IMG/VR virus record: IMGVR_UViG_3300028805_000039
Location: 1 to 63,851 of that record
Reading direction: 5' to 3' (one strand)
DNA from: a virus
Lineage: Duplodnaviria > Heunggongvirae > Uroviricota > Caudoviricetes
Length of the DNA: 63,851 nt
This document shows positions 18,012 through 28,173 of the stretch, one piece after another. How positions within the stretch are numbered: position 1 is the first letter of the stretch; every line of letters starts with the position of its first letter. Made by a program: the position numbers and the translations under genes. The notes under the pieces are model-generated. The model saw only the letters and a program-made list of their open reading frames with translations. It was not told the origin of the DNA and made no database searches.

Positions 18012-20368
18012 TGATAAGTGATATACAATTTAATGATTTAACTCAAGAATTAGGTGTAAATTTTATTGAATATGCAGTTGCTGTTAATACTGATCGTGCT
18101 ATCCCTGACGCTAAAAGTGGTTTAAAACCAGTAGCAAGAAGAATCATTTATGATGCTTATGTAACTGGTTGTACTAATAATAAACCGCATGTAAAATGTG
18201 CGGCAATTGTTGGAGATACGATGGGCCGTTTCCATCCTCATGGCGACAGCTCAATTTATGGAGCTTTAATTAGGATGTCTCAACCATGGTCTTTACGTTA
18301 TCCATTAATAGATTTTCATGGTAATAATGGTAGCAGAGATGGCGATCCTCCAGCCCACTATCGTTATACAGAAGCAAGATTAGCAAAAATAACAGAAGAT
18401 GGCATGCTTGGTGGAATGAAAAAAAAGGTAGTTGATTTTATTCCTAACTATTCAGAATCAGAAGACGAACCAGCTACTTTACCATCCATTTTCCCAAATT
18501 TACTTTGTAATCCAAATACTGGTATTGGAGTAGCTATTGCTTGCAACTGGGCCCCGCATAATTTAAATGAAGTAGCACAAGCTATTAATGATTATATAGA
18601 TGGAAAAGAGCCAATGTTGCCTGGACCGGATTTTCCAACTGGTGGAATAATAATTAATAAAGATGATGTTCCTAATATTATGAGGACTGGCCGTGGCAGT
18701 GTAAAAGTCCGTGGAAAATATCATATGGAAGATAATAATATTATTTTTACAGAAGTGCCATATGGTGTTATTACAGAGCCTTTACTTGAATCTATTGGTG
18801 AATTATGTGATAGCGGAGAGATTCAAGGTATTACAAATATTCGTAATGAAAGTAATAGAAAAAAAGGTTATAGATTAGTTTTTGAATGTGCGAAAGATGC
18901 TAATATTTCTAAAATTATAATGTTACTTTTCCAAAAAACTGATTTACAATCTTCATTTTCTTATAATCAAGTCGCTTTAATAGATAAGACTCCTGTAGAA
19001 TTAAATCTTAAAGATTGTTGTAAGATTTATGTTGAGCATAATACAGAATGCATCCGTAAAGAATTAACATTTGATCTCCAGAAAGCGAAAGATAGATTAA
19101 ATATTGTAAATGGTCTATTAAAGGCATTAGAAGATATTGATAATATTATTACTTTAATCAAAGCATCTGAAAGTAGTGCTAAAGCTCGTGAAAAATTAAT
19201 TGAGAAATATAACTTTAATGAAGAACAAGCTAAAGCAATTACTGATATGAAACTTGGTAAATTAGCTGGATTAGAAAGAATAGAAATTGAGAATGAGCAA
19301 GTTGAATTAAAGGACACCATTGAGAAACTTAATGTTATTCTTAATGATTTAATTGGTGAGTTAAAAAGAAGATTATCTGATATTGTTAAAAAGTATGGTG
19401 ATTCTCGTCGTACTGAGTTAACTCAAATTAATGAATCTAAGAGTAAGGAAGAAAAAGAAATTGCTCTCATTCCACCAGAAAAATGTGTTGTTGTAATGAC
19501 TGAAAGTGGTAGCTTAAAGCGTATTCCAGCAACTTCATTTAAGGCACAACGTAGAGGCGGAAAAGGCGTTAAAACACAAGAAGATATAACATCTGCGGTT
19601 ATTCGTACTAATACAGTTGATAGTTTAATGATTTTTTCTAACAAAGGTAAAATGTACCGTTTAGTAGTAAATAATATTCCAGAAGGAACTAATACTTCAA
19701 AAGGAACTCCGGCAAGGGCTTTAGTTGAAATGGAAACTGGTGAAGATGTTGCTACTATTTATTCTATTTATCGTGATACAGATGCTAAATATGTTTTATT
19801 TGTCACTAAAAATGGTCTTGTTAAAAAGACAGCACTAAGTGAGTATGTTGGGACTAAAAAATCTAAAGGCATTGGTGCTATAAATATCAAAGAAGGCGAT
19901 GAATTAGCAGTGGTTACACTGGTTAAAGATGAACCTCTTCTTATTGTCAGCAAAAATGGTTATGTAATTAGATTTAATAGTGCTGAAATCAGTGCTACTG
20001 GTAGACTTACTGCTGGAGTTAAGGGTATCAATCTTGGAGAAGATGATTATGTAGTCGCTGCTTTGCCAATTCGTCATACTGAAGATGATTTAGCTGTATT
20101 TTCTAGTAAAGGCTATGGTAAAAAAGTTAAGTTAAATGATATCCCAACTCAAAAACGTGGCGGCAAAGGTATAATTATTTATAAGCCAAATGATATTTAT
20201 GGTAATGCTAGTTGTGGTCAATTGATTAGTGATGAAGATATGGTATTATTAATTGGCAATAAAAATTCTGTATGTCTGTCAGCAAAAGATATTCCAGAAA
20301 TGGGGAGAACGGCTTATGGAAATATAATGTTAAAAAATAACTTTATTTTAGATGTGAGTAAAGTATAA
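18011..20368 (+). CDS. type II DNA topoisomerase, DNA-cleavage subunit (GyrA / T4 gp52-like)
   Basis: 785 aa with GyrA-like N-terminal winged-helix region and catalytic Tyr context. No TAG codons. Confidence 0.8.
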   Translation: MISDIQFNDLTQELGVNFIEYAVAVNTDRAIPDAKSGLKPVARRIIYDAYVTGCTNNKPHVKCAAIVGDTMGRFHPHGDSSIYGALIRMSQPWSLRYPLIDFHGNNGSRDGDPPAHYRYTEARLAKITEDGMLGGMKKKVVDFIPNYSESEDEPATLPSIFPNLLCNPNTGIGVAIACNWAPHNLNEVAQAINDYIDGKEPMLPGPDFPTGGIIINKDDVPNIMRTGRGSVKVRGKYHMEDNNIIFTEVPYGVITEPLLESIGELCDSGEIQGITNIRNESNRKKGYRLVFECAKDANISKIIMLLFQKTDLQSSFSYNQVALIDKTPVELNLKDCCKIYVEHNTECIRKELTFDLQKAKDRLNIVNGLLKALEDIDNIITLIKASESSAKAREKLIEKYNFNEEQAKAITDMKLGKLAGLERIEIENEQVELKDTIEKLNVILNDLIGELKRRLSDIVKKYGDSRRTELTQINESKSKEEKEIALIPPEKCVVVMTESGSLKRIPATSFKAQRRGGKGVKTQEDITSAVIRTNTVDSLMIFSNKGKMYRLVVNNIPEGTNTSKGTPARALVEMETGEDVATIYSIYRDTDAKYVLFVTKNGLVKKTALSEYVGTKKSKGIGAINIKEGDELAVVTLVKDEPLLIVSKNGYVIRFNSAEISATGRLTAGVKGINLGEDDYVVAALPIRHTEDDLAVFSSKGYGKKVKLNDIPTQKRGGKGIIIYKPNDIYGNASCGQLISDEDMVLLIGNKNSVCLSAKDIPEMGRTAYGNIMLKNNFILDVSKV

Positions 20369-20406
20369 TGGAAATTAAAGAATTTAAATTAGTAGAAATG
20401 AGTTCC

Positions 20407-20432
20407 TATAGCCCTGATTAGGGCTATAGGAA
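20407..20432 (+). repeat. perfect 10-bp stem hairpin (CCTATAGCCC-TGATTA-GGGCTATAGG)
   Basis: GC-rich palindrome after the topoisomerase gene with no T-run following. Confidence 0.5.
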
Positions 20433-20500
20433 ATGGTATGAGTTTCAACCACAATACGATAATAAAACAGTTTATATTAATTTAGGAGAAATAAATAAAA

Positions 20501-20698
20501 ATGCTGGCAGAGCAGATAACACTTAATCATATTCAACATTATTATTGTCAAATAGAAGCTATTGATAGAATTTTAGAACAATATGATTTTACTTGGCATG
20601 ATTTATGGGCAGTATTAGAAAATGCTAAACCATTTTTTAATCATGGTGGTCATCTTTTAAATATTTATAATAATAAGGAATTAAATCAAAATGAATAA
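20501..20698 (+). CDS. hypothetical protein
   Basis: 65-aa ORF ending in TAA. Confidence 0.4.
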   Translation: MLAEQITLNHIQHYYCQIEAIDRILEQYDFTWHDLWAVLENAKPFFNHGGHLLNIYNNKELNQNE

Positions 20699-20708
20699 AC
20701 TTGATTAG

Positions 20709-22673
20709 ATGCGAGAATTAATTGATAAATTAAATTATTATATTAAAATGTATGATGAAGGAACTCCTGTAATTTCTGATAAAGAATATGATGATTTATA
20801 TTTTCAATTGGAAGAATTAGAAAATCAGTCTGGTATTTGTATGGCAAATTCTCCAACTTGTCATGTAGACTATTTTTCATTGAATAAATTAAAAAAAGTA
20901 AAACATTCTCATCCAATGTTATCATTGAATAAAACTAAATCTATTCAAGATATTTTAGATTTTAAAAATGATAAAGATGTTATTGCTATGTTGAAAATGG
21001 ATGGATTAACCTGTTCTCTTCGATATGAACAAGGAGTACTGGTTAGTGCTGAGACTCGTGGCAACGGCGAAATAGGAGAAGATATTACTCATAATATTAT
21101 TACAGTTAAATGTGTCCCAATAGAAATTCCATTTAAAAATACATTAGTTGTTGATGGAGAAGTTATTTGTACCTATAAAGATTTTGAACCATTTAGTGAT
21201 AAATTTGCCAATCCACGTAATTTTGCAGCTGGTAGTATTAGATTATTAAATAATGGAGAATGTGCTAACCGACATTTAACATTCATAGTTTGGGATGTTA
21301 TTCAAGGATTTGAAGATTGTAAAACATTAACTGAAAAATTATATAAAATTGATAGTTTAGGTTTTACTTTTGTCCCACATTTACATTGGTTTCCTGATAT
21401 GGAAGTTTCAGAGGGTAAATTTGATCATATTTCAAGACTTATTACTGATTGGGCTACAGGAGAAGATTTCCAATATCCATATGATGGATTAGTGTTTAAA
21501 TATAATGATTGTAATTATTATTCTTCTCTTGGAGAAACTGGTCATCATCCAAAAGGTGGATTAGCATTTAAGTTTTATGATGAAGAATATGAAACTAGAT
21601 TATTCAATATTGAATATACCATGGGTAAAACTGGAATTTTAACTCCAGTAGCAGAATTTGAACCAGTACATACTGATGATAGTACTATTGAGAAAGCTTC
21701 ACTTCATAATTTAAATATTATGAAATCACTTCTCGGCAATAATCCTTATCAAGGTCAGCATATTATTGTAGTTAAAATGAATCAAATTATCCCACAAATA
21801 GTTCGAGCAGATACAACTTTCCCACTTGTGCCAGTTGAATTTTTTAGATTGCCTCAAGTATGCCCAATTTGTGGAGAACCTACTATTATTAAAGATGATT
21901 TTCTTTATTGTAGTAATCCTAATTGTGAAGGTAAATTAATTAATAAATTAGATCATTTTGTAGGGAAAAAAGGTCTTGACATTAAAGGTTTGTCAAAGGC
22001 AACACTTCAAAAATTAATTAATTGGGAATGGGTTAATTCTATTTCTGATATTTTTGGATTATATCAATATCGTGATGAATGGTATAAAAAAGATGGTTTT
22101 GGAGTTAAATCTGTTGATAATATTCTTGAAGCTATAGAAAATAGTAAAGAATGCGAGCTATGGCAATTTATTTCTGCCCTTAGTATTCCATTAATTGGTA
22201 GTACATATGCCAAAGATATCGCTAGACATTGTGCTGGGTGGCTCCAGTTTATGGAATGTATTGGCCCTCATATGCTAAATAAAAATGGGTATAATTTCAC
22301 TCAATGGGATGGCTTTGGCCCAAATATGGATGCTTCATTACATAATTTTAATTACGATGAAGCAGATCAAATTGTAAATAAATATTTACATTTGAGGAAT
22401 ACTTTATTTACTATTCCAAAAGATGTTCAAATTATTAATTCTAATATAAATGGAATTAATTTCGTAATTACAGGAAAATTAAAAAAATATAAAAATCGTG
22501 ATGAATTAATTAATATTATTGAAAATAATGGTGGAAAAGTATTAAATTCTGTTACTAAAAATACTAATTATTTAATTAATAATGATATTAATAGTACATC
22601 ATCTAAAAATGTAAAAGCTAAAAGTCTTAGTATTCCGATTATTACAGAAGAACAATTTGACGCTTTACTTTGA
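20709..22673 (+). CDS. ligA: NAD-dependent DNA ligase (LigA) with C-terminal BRCT
   Basis: KMDGLTCSLRYE (KxDG adenylation motif), OB and Zn-finger regions, BRCT at the C-terminus. No TAG codons. Confidence 0.85.
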   Translation: MRELIDKLNYYIKMYDEGTPVISDKEYDDLYFQLEELENQSGICMANSPTCHVDYFSLNKLKKVKHSHPMLSLNKTKSIQDILDFKNDKDVIAMLKMDGLTCSLRYEQGVLVSAETRGNGEIGEDITHNIITVKCVPIEIPFKNTLVVDGEVICTYKDFEPFSDKFANPRNFAAGSIRLLNNGECANRHLTFIVWDVIQGFEDCKTLTEKLYKIDSLGFTFVPHLHWFPDMEVSEGKFDHISRLITDWATGEDFQYPYDGLVFKYNDCNYYSSLGETGHHPKGGLAFKFYDEEYETRLFNIEYTMGKTGILTPVAEFEPVHTDDSTIEKASLHNLNIMKSLLGNNPYQGQHIIVVKMNQIIPQIVRADTTFPLVPVEFFRLPQVCPICGEPTIIKDDFLYCSNPNCEGKLINKLDHFVGKKGLDIKGLSKATLQKLINWEWVNSISDIFGLYQYRDEWYKKDGFGVKSVDNILEAIENSKECELWQFISALSIPLIGSTYAKDIARHCAGWLQFMECIGPHMLNKNGYNFTQWDGFGPNMDASLHNFNYDEADQIVNKYLHLRNTLFTIPKDVQIINSNINGINFVITGKLKKYKNRDELINIIENNGGKVLNSVTKNTNYLINNDINSTSSKNVKAKSLSIPIITEEQFDALL

Positions 22674-22698
22674 CTTTTCAAAAAAAATTTATTATAAT
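22670..22698 (+). promoter_or_regulatory. sigma70-like promoter TTGACT-N17(A8)-TATAAT
   Basis: Consensus match. Confidence 0.55.
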
Positions 22699-22729
22699 AT
22701 ATTCGTAAATAAGGAAGAGAAAAATTTTT

Positions 22730-22924
22730 ATGAAAAAGAAAGAACTCAAAAACTTAGCTGAAAAGATTGCTAAATGTGAGTATGTAATAGAAAATAGTAA
22801 AGATGCGAGCGTAATAAACGCCGCACAAGAAGAAATTATGCGTCTTTCCAGTAAAGTTCATGATTTCTAGGATATAGATACCATAGATGAATTAGTCTAG
22901 AACCTATTGAAAAAAATGTCTTGA
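22730..22924 (+). CDS. small hypothetical protein (two TAG codons)
   Basis: AAGGAAGAG RBS, 64 aa, ends at TGA 22922-22924. Confidence 0.45.
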
Positions 22925-22949
22925 CAATAAAAAAATTTTTTCGTATAAT
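22921..22949 (+). promoter_or_regulatory. sigma70-like promoter TTGACA-N17-TATAAT
   Basis: Consensus match. Confidence 0.55.
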
Positions 22950-23002
22950 ATTTACAACAAAATAAAAAATATTTATTTAATTATTAAAGGAGATTATTTA
23001 TT

Positions 23003-23269
23003 ATGGCTATGAAAGAAAATTCTAAGAACGTACTTAATTATTTGAAGAGCATTAATGGTTAGAATGTAACCTCTGCTGATGTTGCTAGCGCACTTGGTCT
23101 TGAGAAGCGTCAAGTTGATGGTATCTTTACTAGTGCTATTTAGCGCAAGGCTCTTGGTATCCGTGTTCCTGCTGAAATCGAGCTTGAGGATGGCACTCAT
23201 AAGGCTGTGAAGTTTCTTCAGCTCACTCCTGCCGGCATGGATTTTGATCCAGACGCAGCTGAGGAATAA
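23003..23269 (+). CDS. small winged-helix-like DNA-binding protein (two TAG codons), GC-rich
   Basis: AAAGGAG RBS. The product is paralogous to the 24831-25196 product (VLNYLKS.../VLKYLQE...). Confidence 0.5.
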
Positions 23270-23285
23270 TTCTAATATAAGTTAA

Positions 23286-23320
23286 ACAAGGGGTAATAAA
23301 TATTTTACCCCTTTATTTTT
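23286..23320 (+). terminator. rho-independent terminator (AAGGGGTA...TACCCCTT + T-run)
   Basis: GC-rich hairpin followed by TTATTTTTTT. Confidence 0.65.
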
Positions 23321-23326
23321 TTAATA

Positions 23327-24478
23327 ATGATTTCTATTATTTTAAGTGGAATTATTTGTATTTTACTTGGTTTTCTAATACATTCATTTGTAAAAACTGT
23401 AAAAATAAAAGAGAAAAACCAAGAGATTGAAAGAGAAGAAAATTAGGCTTAGTTACGTATTAAAGATTTAGAGAAAGAATATATCCAAAAACAAGCTGAA
23501 TTAGATAAATAGTATAATGAAACTATAAATCAATATAAAGCCGATTATGAAAAACAAAATTTACGTTTAGAAGAAGCGGCAAATACTGCTTTATCTCAAA
23601 TAAATTCTGAAAAATAGGCTTGGGAGCAAGAAAAAACAAAAAAAATTTTAACTTGGTCTTAGCATGAATCTGATTTAAAATCAGAAGTATCTAGTTTGGA
23701 ACGTTAGATTATTGATAAAAAAAGATTTATTGATGATTTAGATGAATAGGCAAAAACTGCTGTAAAATTAGTTGAAGAACAAGTTATTGATAATATGACT
23801 AATACAGTAGAGTAGCAAAGTAAAGAATTATATTCAACTTATGAAAAATTAGAAAGTGAATTAAAAGTACATTATATTGATTTAGCTGATGAATTATATG
23901 AAAAATTCCAAGAACGTGATGAAAAATTAAGTAATTTAATTCTTACAAAACAAAATGAATTAAATGAATTACGATCAAAAGCAAAAGCTGCTATTGAAGC
24001 AAATAAACGAATGGAATTAGAAAAATAGCAAAAAGATTTTTATAGATTACAACTTTCTAACATAGATTTAGAAGAAATAAAACATATTAGATCTATTGAA
24101 CATTATTTAAGGAAAAAAGAACCTTTAAATAAAGTTATTTGGAAAGTATATTATGAAAAACCTTATACAGATTTAATCGGTCGTGTTATTGGATAGGGTA
24201 GAAAAACTGGTATTTATAAAATTACTAATATAGATAATGGGATGTGCTATATAGGATAGGCAATAGATATAGCAGAAAGATGGAAATAGCATATTAAACG
24301 TGGGGTAGGGGCAGATCCTCCTACATAGAATAAACTATATCCAGTTATGTTATCTATTGGAGTAGAAAATTTTACATTTGAAGTGATTGAAGAATGCGCT
24401 GGTAATTTATTAAATGAACGAGAGGATTACTGGCAAACATTTTATCAAGCAAAAGAATTTGGTTATAGTATAAAATGA
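23327..24478 (+). CDS. membrane-anchored coiled-coil protein with C-terminal GIY-YIG nuclease domain (13 TAG codons)
   Basis: N-terminal TM helix, about 250 aa of heptad-like sequence, and a C-terminal GIYKITNIDNGMCYIGQAIDIAERWKQH GIY-YIG signature. Continuous only with TAG=Gln. Confidence 0.55.
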
Positions 24479-24487
24479 GGATAAAAT

Positions 24488-24760
24488 ATGATTAGAATTA
24501 TTAATGATAGAGGTACTGGAAAAACTAGTTAGCTATTACTTCTAGCAAAAGAACATAATGCTACTTTTGTATGCAGCAATCCTCGGGCAATGGAATACAA
24601 AGCCAAACAATATGGGATTGATGGTATTGAATTTATTTCTTATGAAGAATTTAGTACAATTTTAACTCATAAAAAAGAATATGTTATAGATGAATTAGAG
24701 TATTTTGTAAAATCAGCTTTTGGAAATTCTTTAATTGCATATACCTTGAGTAAAGAATAA
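24488..24760 (+). CDS. small P-loop-like protein (one TAG)
   Basis: Contains RGTGKT-S-Q-L. 90 aa, ends at TAA. Confidence 0.4.
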
Positions 24761-24766
24761 AATAAT

Positions 24767-24794
24767 TGATTTTTATAAAAAAATATTGTATAAT
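24767..24794 (+). promoter_or_regulatory. sigma70-like promoter TTGATT-N16/17-TGtTATAAT
   Basis: Consensus match. Confidence 0.5.
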
Positions 24795-24830
24795 TATTAT
24801 AGAAAATAAGTAATTTGAAAGAGAGATTTT

Positions 24831-25196
24831 ATGAAACAAGAATTTCTAAATTTTATTGAAACTTTAATGAAAGCGAATCCTGACCTTACAAGTTCTCTTA
24901 TGACAGAGAATATTCAAGCATATCTTAATATCTTAAAAGATATTAAAGAAGAAAAAAGTGAACTTACTGATAATGGTAAGATTGTTTTAAAATATCTTCA
25001 AGAACATCAAGATATTAAAATTTGGAAAGCTAAAGATTTAGCTGAACAGATTGGAATTTCATCTCGTGGAGCTTCTGGAGTTATGAGAAAACTTGCAAAT
25101 GATGGTTTTTGTGAAAAATTAGGCCAAGACCCTGTTATTTATGCTTTAACAGAAAAAGGTAAAAATTATGTAATTATTGAAGGAGAAAATGAATAA
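24831..25196 (+). CDS. winged-helix DNA-binding protein (paralog of the 23003 gene)
   Basis: 121 aa with an HTH-like segment LAEQIGISSRGASGVMRKL. Confidence 0.5.
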   Translation: MKQEFLNFIETLMKANPDLTSSLMTENIQAYLNILKDIKEEKSELTDNGKIVLKYLQEHQDIKIWKAKDLAEQIGISSRGASGVMRKLANDGFCEKLGQDPVIYALTEKGKNYVIIEGENE

Positions 25197-25198
25197 AA

Positions 25199-26140
25199 AT
25201 GAAAAATACTATGAAAAATTCAACTCATATTGAGGGTCTTTTATATTAGCATGCGCTTACTTTGAAAACTAGTGGTGAAAATTCAAAAAATCCTGGAACA
25301 CAATTTATTAATGGAACTATTGATATTGCTACTGATGATGCAATGATTAATATTGTAACTATTCACTTTACTTATGTAACTGCAAAAACTAAAAATGGTT
25401 CTGATAATGCTACTTTTAATACTTTACAAAATATTATTAATGGTACTTATGGGAATGTTACTGAACATGGTGCAGATAAAGCTACAAAGCTTCGTATTGA
25501 CTCTGCAATTGGTTTGAATGAGTTTTTCTCTAATAGAAATGGAGCTGAAGAGCTTGTAAGTGTTAAACGTAATGAAGGTGGCTTTGTCCATGTAGTGTAG
25601 ACTCTTGCTGCTGATGAAACAACTCGTAATACTTTTGAATGTGATATGATTATCACTGGAGCAAAAAGAATTGAAGCTGATGAAGAGCGCAATAATCCTG
25701 AGCGTGTCATTGTTAAGGGATTTGTCTTTGATTTCCGCAAGGCACTTCTTCCTGTTGAATTTACTGCATTAACTAATGGAGCTATGGATTATTTTGAAGG
25801 ACTTGATGCTTCTCAAAAGGATCCTGTATTTACTAAGGTTTGGGGTCGTCAGGTATCTCAAATTACTATGGTGAAAACGGTAGAGGAATCTGCATTTGGT
25901 GGGCAGAAAGTTACTGAAACTCCTCGTGCAAATCGTGATTTTGTAATTACTGGAGCTTCTGTTGATCCTTATGTTTGGGATGATGAAGGAACCATTACTA
26001 AGAAAGAATTTGAGCAATGTCTTGCTGATCGTGAATTAGCTCTCGCTGATATTAAAAAGCGTCAAGATGATTATAATGCTTCTAAGGCTCAAACTCAGAC
26101 ACAAGCTCCAGCTGGTGGGGCTTCAGGATTTAACTTCTAA
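25199..26140 (+). CDS. putative single-strand DNA-binding/annealing-associated protein (three TAG codons), GC-rich codon usage
   Basis: 313 aa, sits directly upstream of the Sak4-like ATPase, and has a Gly-rich tail. Function is inferred from position only. Confidence 0.35.
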
Positions 26141-26159
26141 TTAATAGGAGGAAAGTCTT

Positions 26160-27158
26160 ATGGCAATTAATCTTTTAGGAATTTAGCCACATAAAGTTAG
26201 TAAAGATCTTTCTGGTTATATTACATTTATTTATGGGCCTCCAAAGGTAGGTAAAACTACCTTAGCGGCTCAAATGCCTGGTGCGTTACTCCTTGCTTTT
26301 GAAAAAGGTTATTCAGCTTTGCCAGGAGTAATGGCTTAGGATGTTACTACTTGGGGTGAAATGAAACAAGTATATAGAGAATTAAAAAAACCAGAAGTTC
26401 AAGAAAGGTTTAAAACTATTGTTGTTGATACTGTTGATATCGCTGCTGATCTTTGTCAAAAATATATTTGTAATTAGCTTGGTATTGATAATATGGGCGA
26501 CGGTGGCTGGGGAACTAATAGCTGGTCTAAATATAAGAAAGAATTTGAAGATGTATTCCGTGGACTTACTATGATGGGCTATGCTGTTGTTTTTATTAGT
26601 CATTCTAAAACTGGTGTAGATAAAGACCAAAATGGTAAGGAATATGGTTTTACAAAGCCTACAACTCAATCATCAGCACTTCAAATTATTGAAAATATGA
26701 CCGACCTTTATGCTTATGCTCGTTCTTATGTTGATATTAATGGGGAAGAAAAACGAGTTCTTACTTTGCGTTCGCCAGCTGGTTCTGGTATTTCTTGTGG
26801 ATGTCGTTTTAGATATATTGCTCCAGAAGTTGCTCTTAATTATGATGCTTTAACTAAAGCACTTACAGATGCAATTGAAGCAGAAGCAAAAGAGCATGGT
26901 GATCAATATATCACTACTGAAAGAGAAACTACTCCAGAAGTTAAAGAATATGATTTTGATGATCTTATGGCTAAGTTTGAAACTACTGTTGGAGCATTAA
27001 TGAATAAAAATCAAGCTTATTATGCACCTCGTATTACTCAAATTATTGAGAAATATCTTGGGAAAGGCAAAAAAATTGCTGGTGTAACTCGCGATCAAGC
27101 TGAACTTGTATATCTTATTGTTACTGAAATTCAAGAGGACCTAGTAGATAAAAACTAA
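26160..27158 (+). CDS. RecA-like recombination ATPase (Sak4-like)
   Basis: TAGGAGG RBS. Walker A motif IYGPPKVGKTTLA, Walker B motif IVVDTVD. Three TAG codons. Confidence 0.65.
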
Positions 27159-27391
27159 TGAATGTTATCTATCCTACTAAAATTCTTTTACCTGGTGAAA
27201 TAATTCCAGCTGGATATGGAAAATTAAGATGCCCAAGGTGTCATTATTAGGAAAATGAAGAAATTAATTATGATCCCAGTATGATTTATCAAATGATAGA
27301 ACGAAATAAAGTAAATAAAAAAATAGAATTATCATATTGGGTAGATTGTCCAACATGTCATTATGAAATCTTGCTAAAAAGAATTACTTAA
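27158..27391 (+). CDS. zinc-ribbon protein (one TAG)
   Basis: CPRC...CPTC pairs. 77 aa. Confidence 0.45.
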
Positions 27392-27398
27392 TAATAAG

Positions 27399-27436
27399 AA
27401 CCCTTTGGCATTTCTTGCCAAAGGGTTGATTTTTTT
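27399..27436 (+). terminator. rho-independent terminator (AACCCTTTGGC...GCCAAAGGGTT + T7)
   Basis: Perfect hairpin whose tail contains the -35 TTGATT of the next promoter. Confidence 0.7.
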
Positions 27437-27454
27437 AAAAAAATATGTTATAAT
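27426..27454 (+). promoter_or_regulatory. sigma70-like promoter TTGATT-N17(A7)-TATAAT
   Basis: Consensus match. Confidence 0.55.
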
Positions 27455-27486
27455 ATATTAAAAGAAAAATATAAAGAGGAATGCCA

Positions 27487-28173
27487 ATGGCGACAGTAAC
27501 TTGTAAATATTGTAATAAAAAATTTGATAGAGAAAAAGAATCATATGTACAAATACCATATGGTTAGAAAGCTTTTCGATATGGACATTCATAGTGTTAT
27601 TTAAATGCAGTAAATTCAGGCAAAGAGAAAAATCATTATGAAATATATGATCCAAAATAGTTTAAAAATTGTTTTTGGTGTTCTTAGGCTATTAGACCTA
27701 CTGATACGGATGTTATGGAATTACCAAATATGTTTGGACGATATGCTCATATTAAATGTGCAAAAGAACATCCTGCTGATGATAGAGAAAAATTTAAAGT
27801 TTATATAATTCAATTATATAAAATGAAAAATGATAAAAGTTGGCCAGGATATTTATAGAGAGCTGATAAGATAGCAAAAGATTATAATTTTACTTATTCT
27901 GGAATGACTAAAGCATTGGAATATTTTCATAAAATAAAAGGGAATGCAATTGATCCTACAAAAGAGCCCACTCCAGGAATTATTCCTTATGTTTATAATC
28001 AAGCTTATAATTATTATTATAATTTATGGTTAGCAGCAGAAGCTAATAAGAGTAAAAATCTTAATGATTATATTCCAAAAGATATAGTAGTTGTAATTAA
28101 ATCTCCACAAAAACAAGAGTATAAACGAAAATTATTTACATTTTTAGACGAGGAAGATGTCGATGCCAAGTAA
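27487..28173 (+). CDS. hypothetical protein with N-terminal zinc finger (five TAG codons)
   Basis: AAAGAGGA RBS. N-terminus TCKYCNKKF...CYLNA. Joins track ORF 27904-28173. Confidence 0.5.

Noticed and set aside
19027-19953. Minus-strand ORFs 19027-19320, 19423-19644 and 19768-19953.
   Set aside because: They are antisense to the GyrA-like topoisomerase gene, which is conserved and TAG-free.
25447-26017. Minus-strand ORFs 25447-25740 and 25769-26017.
   Set aside because: They are antisense to the GC-rich 25199-26140 gene. GC-rich coding regions routinely produce long antisense ORFs.
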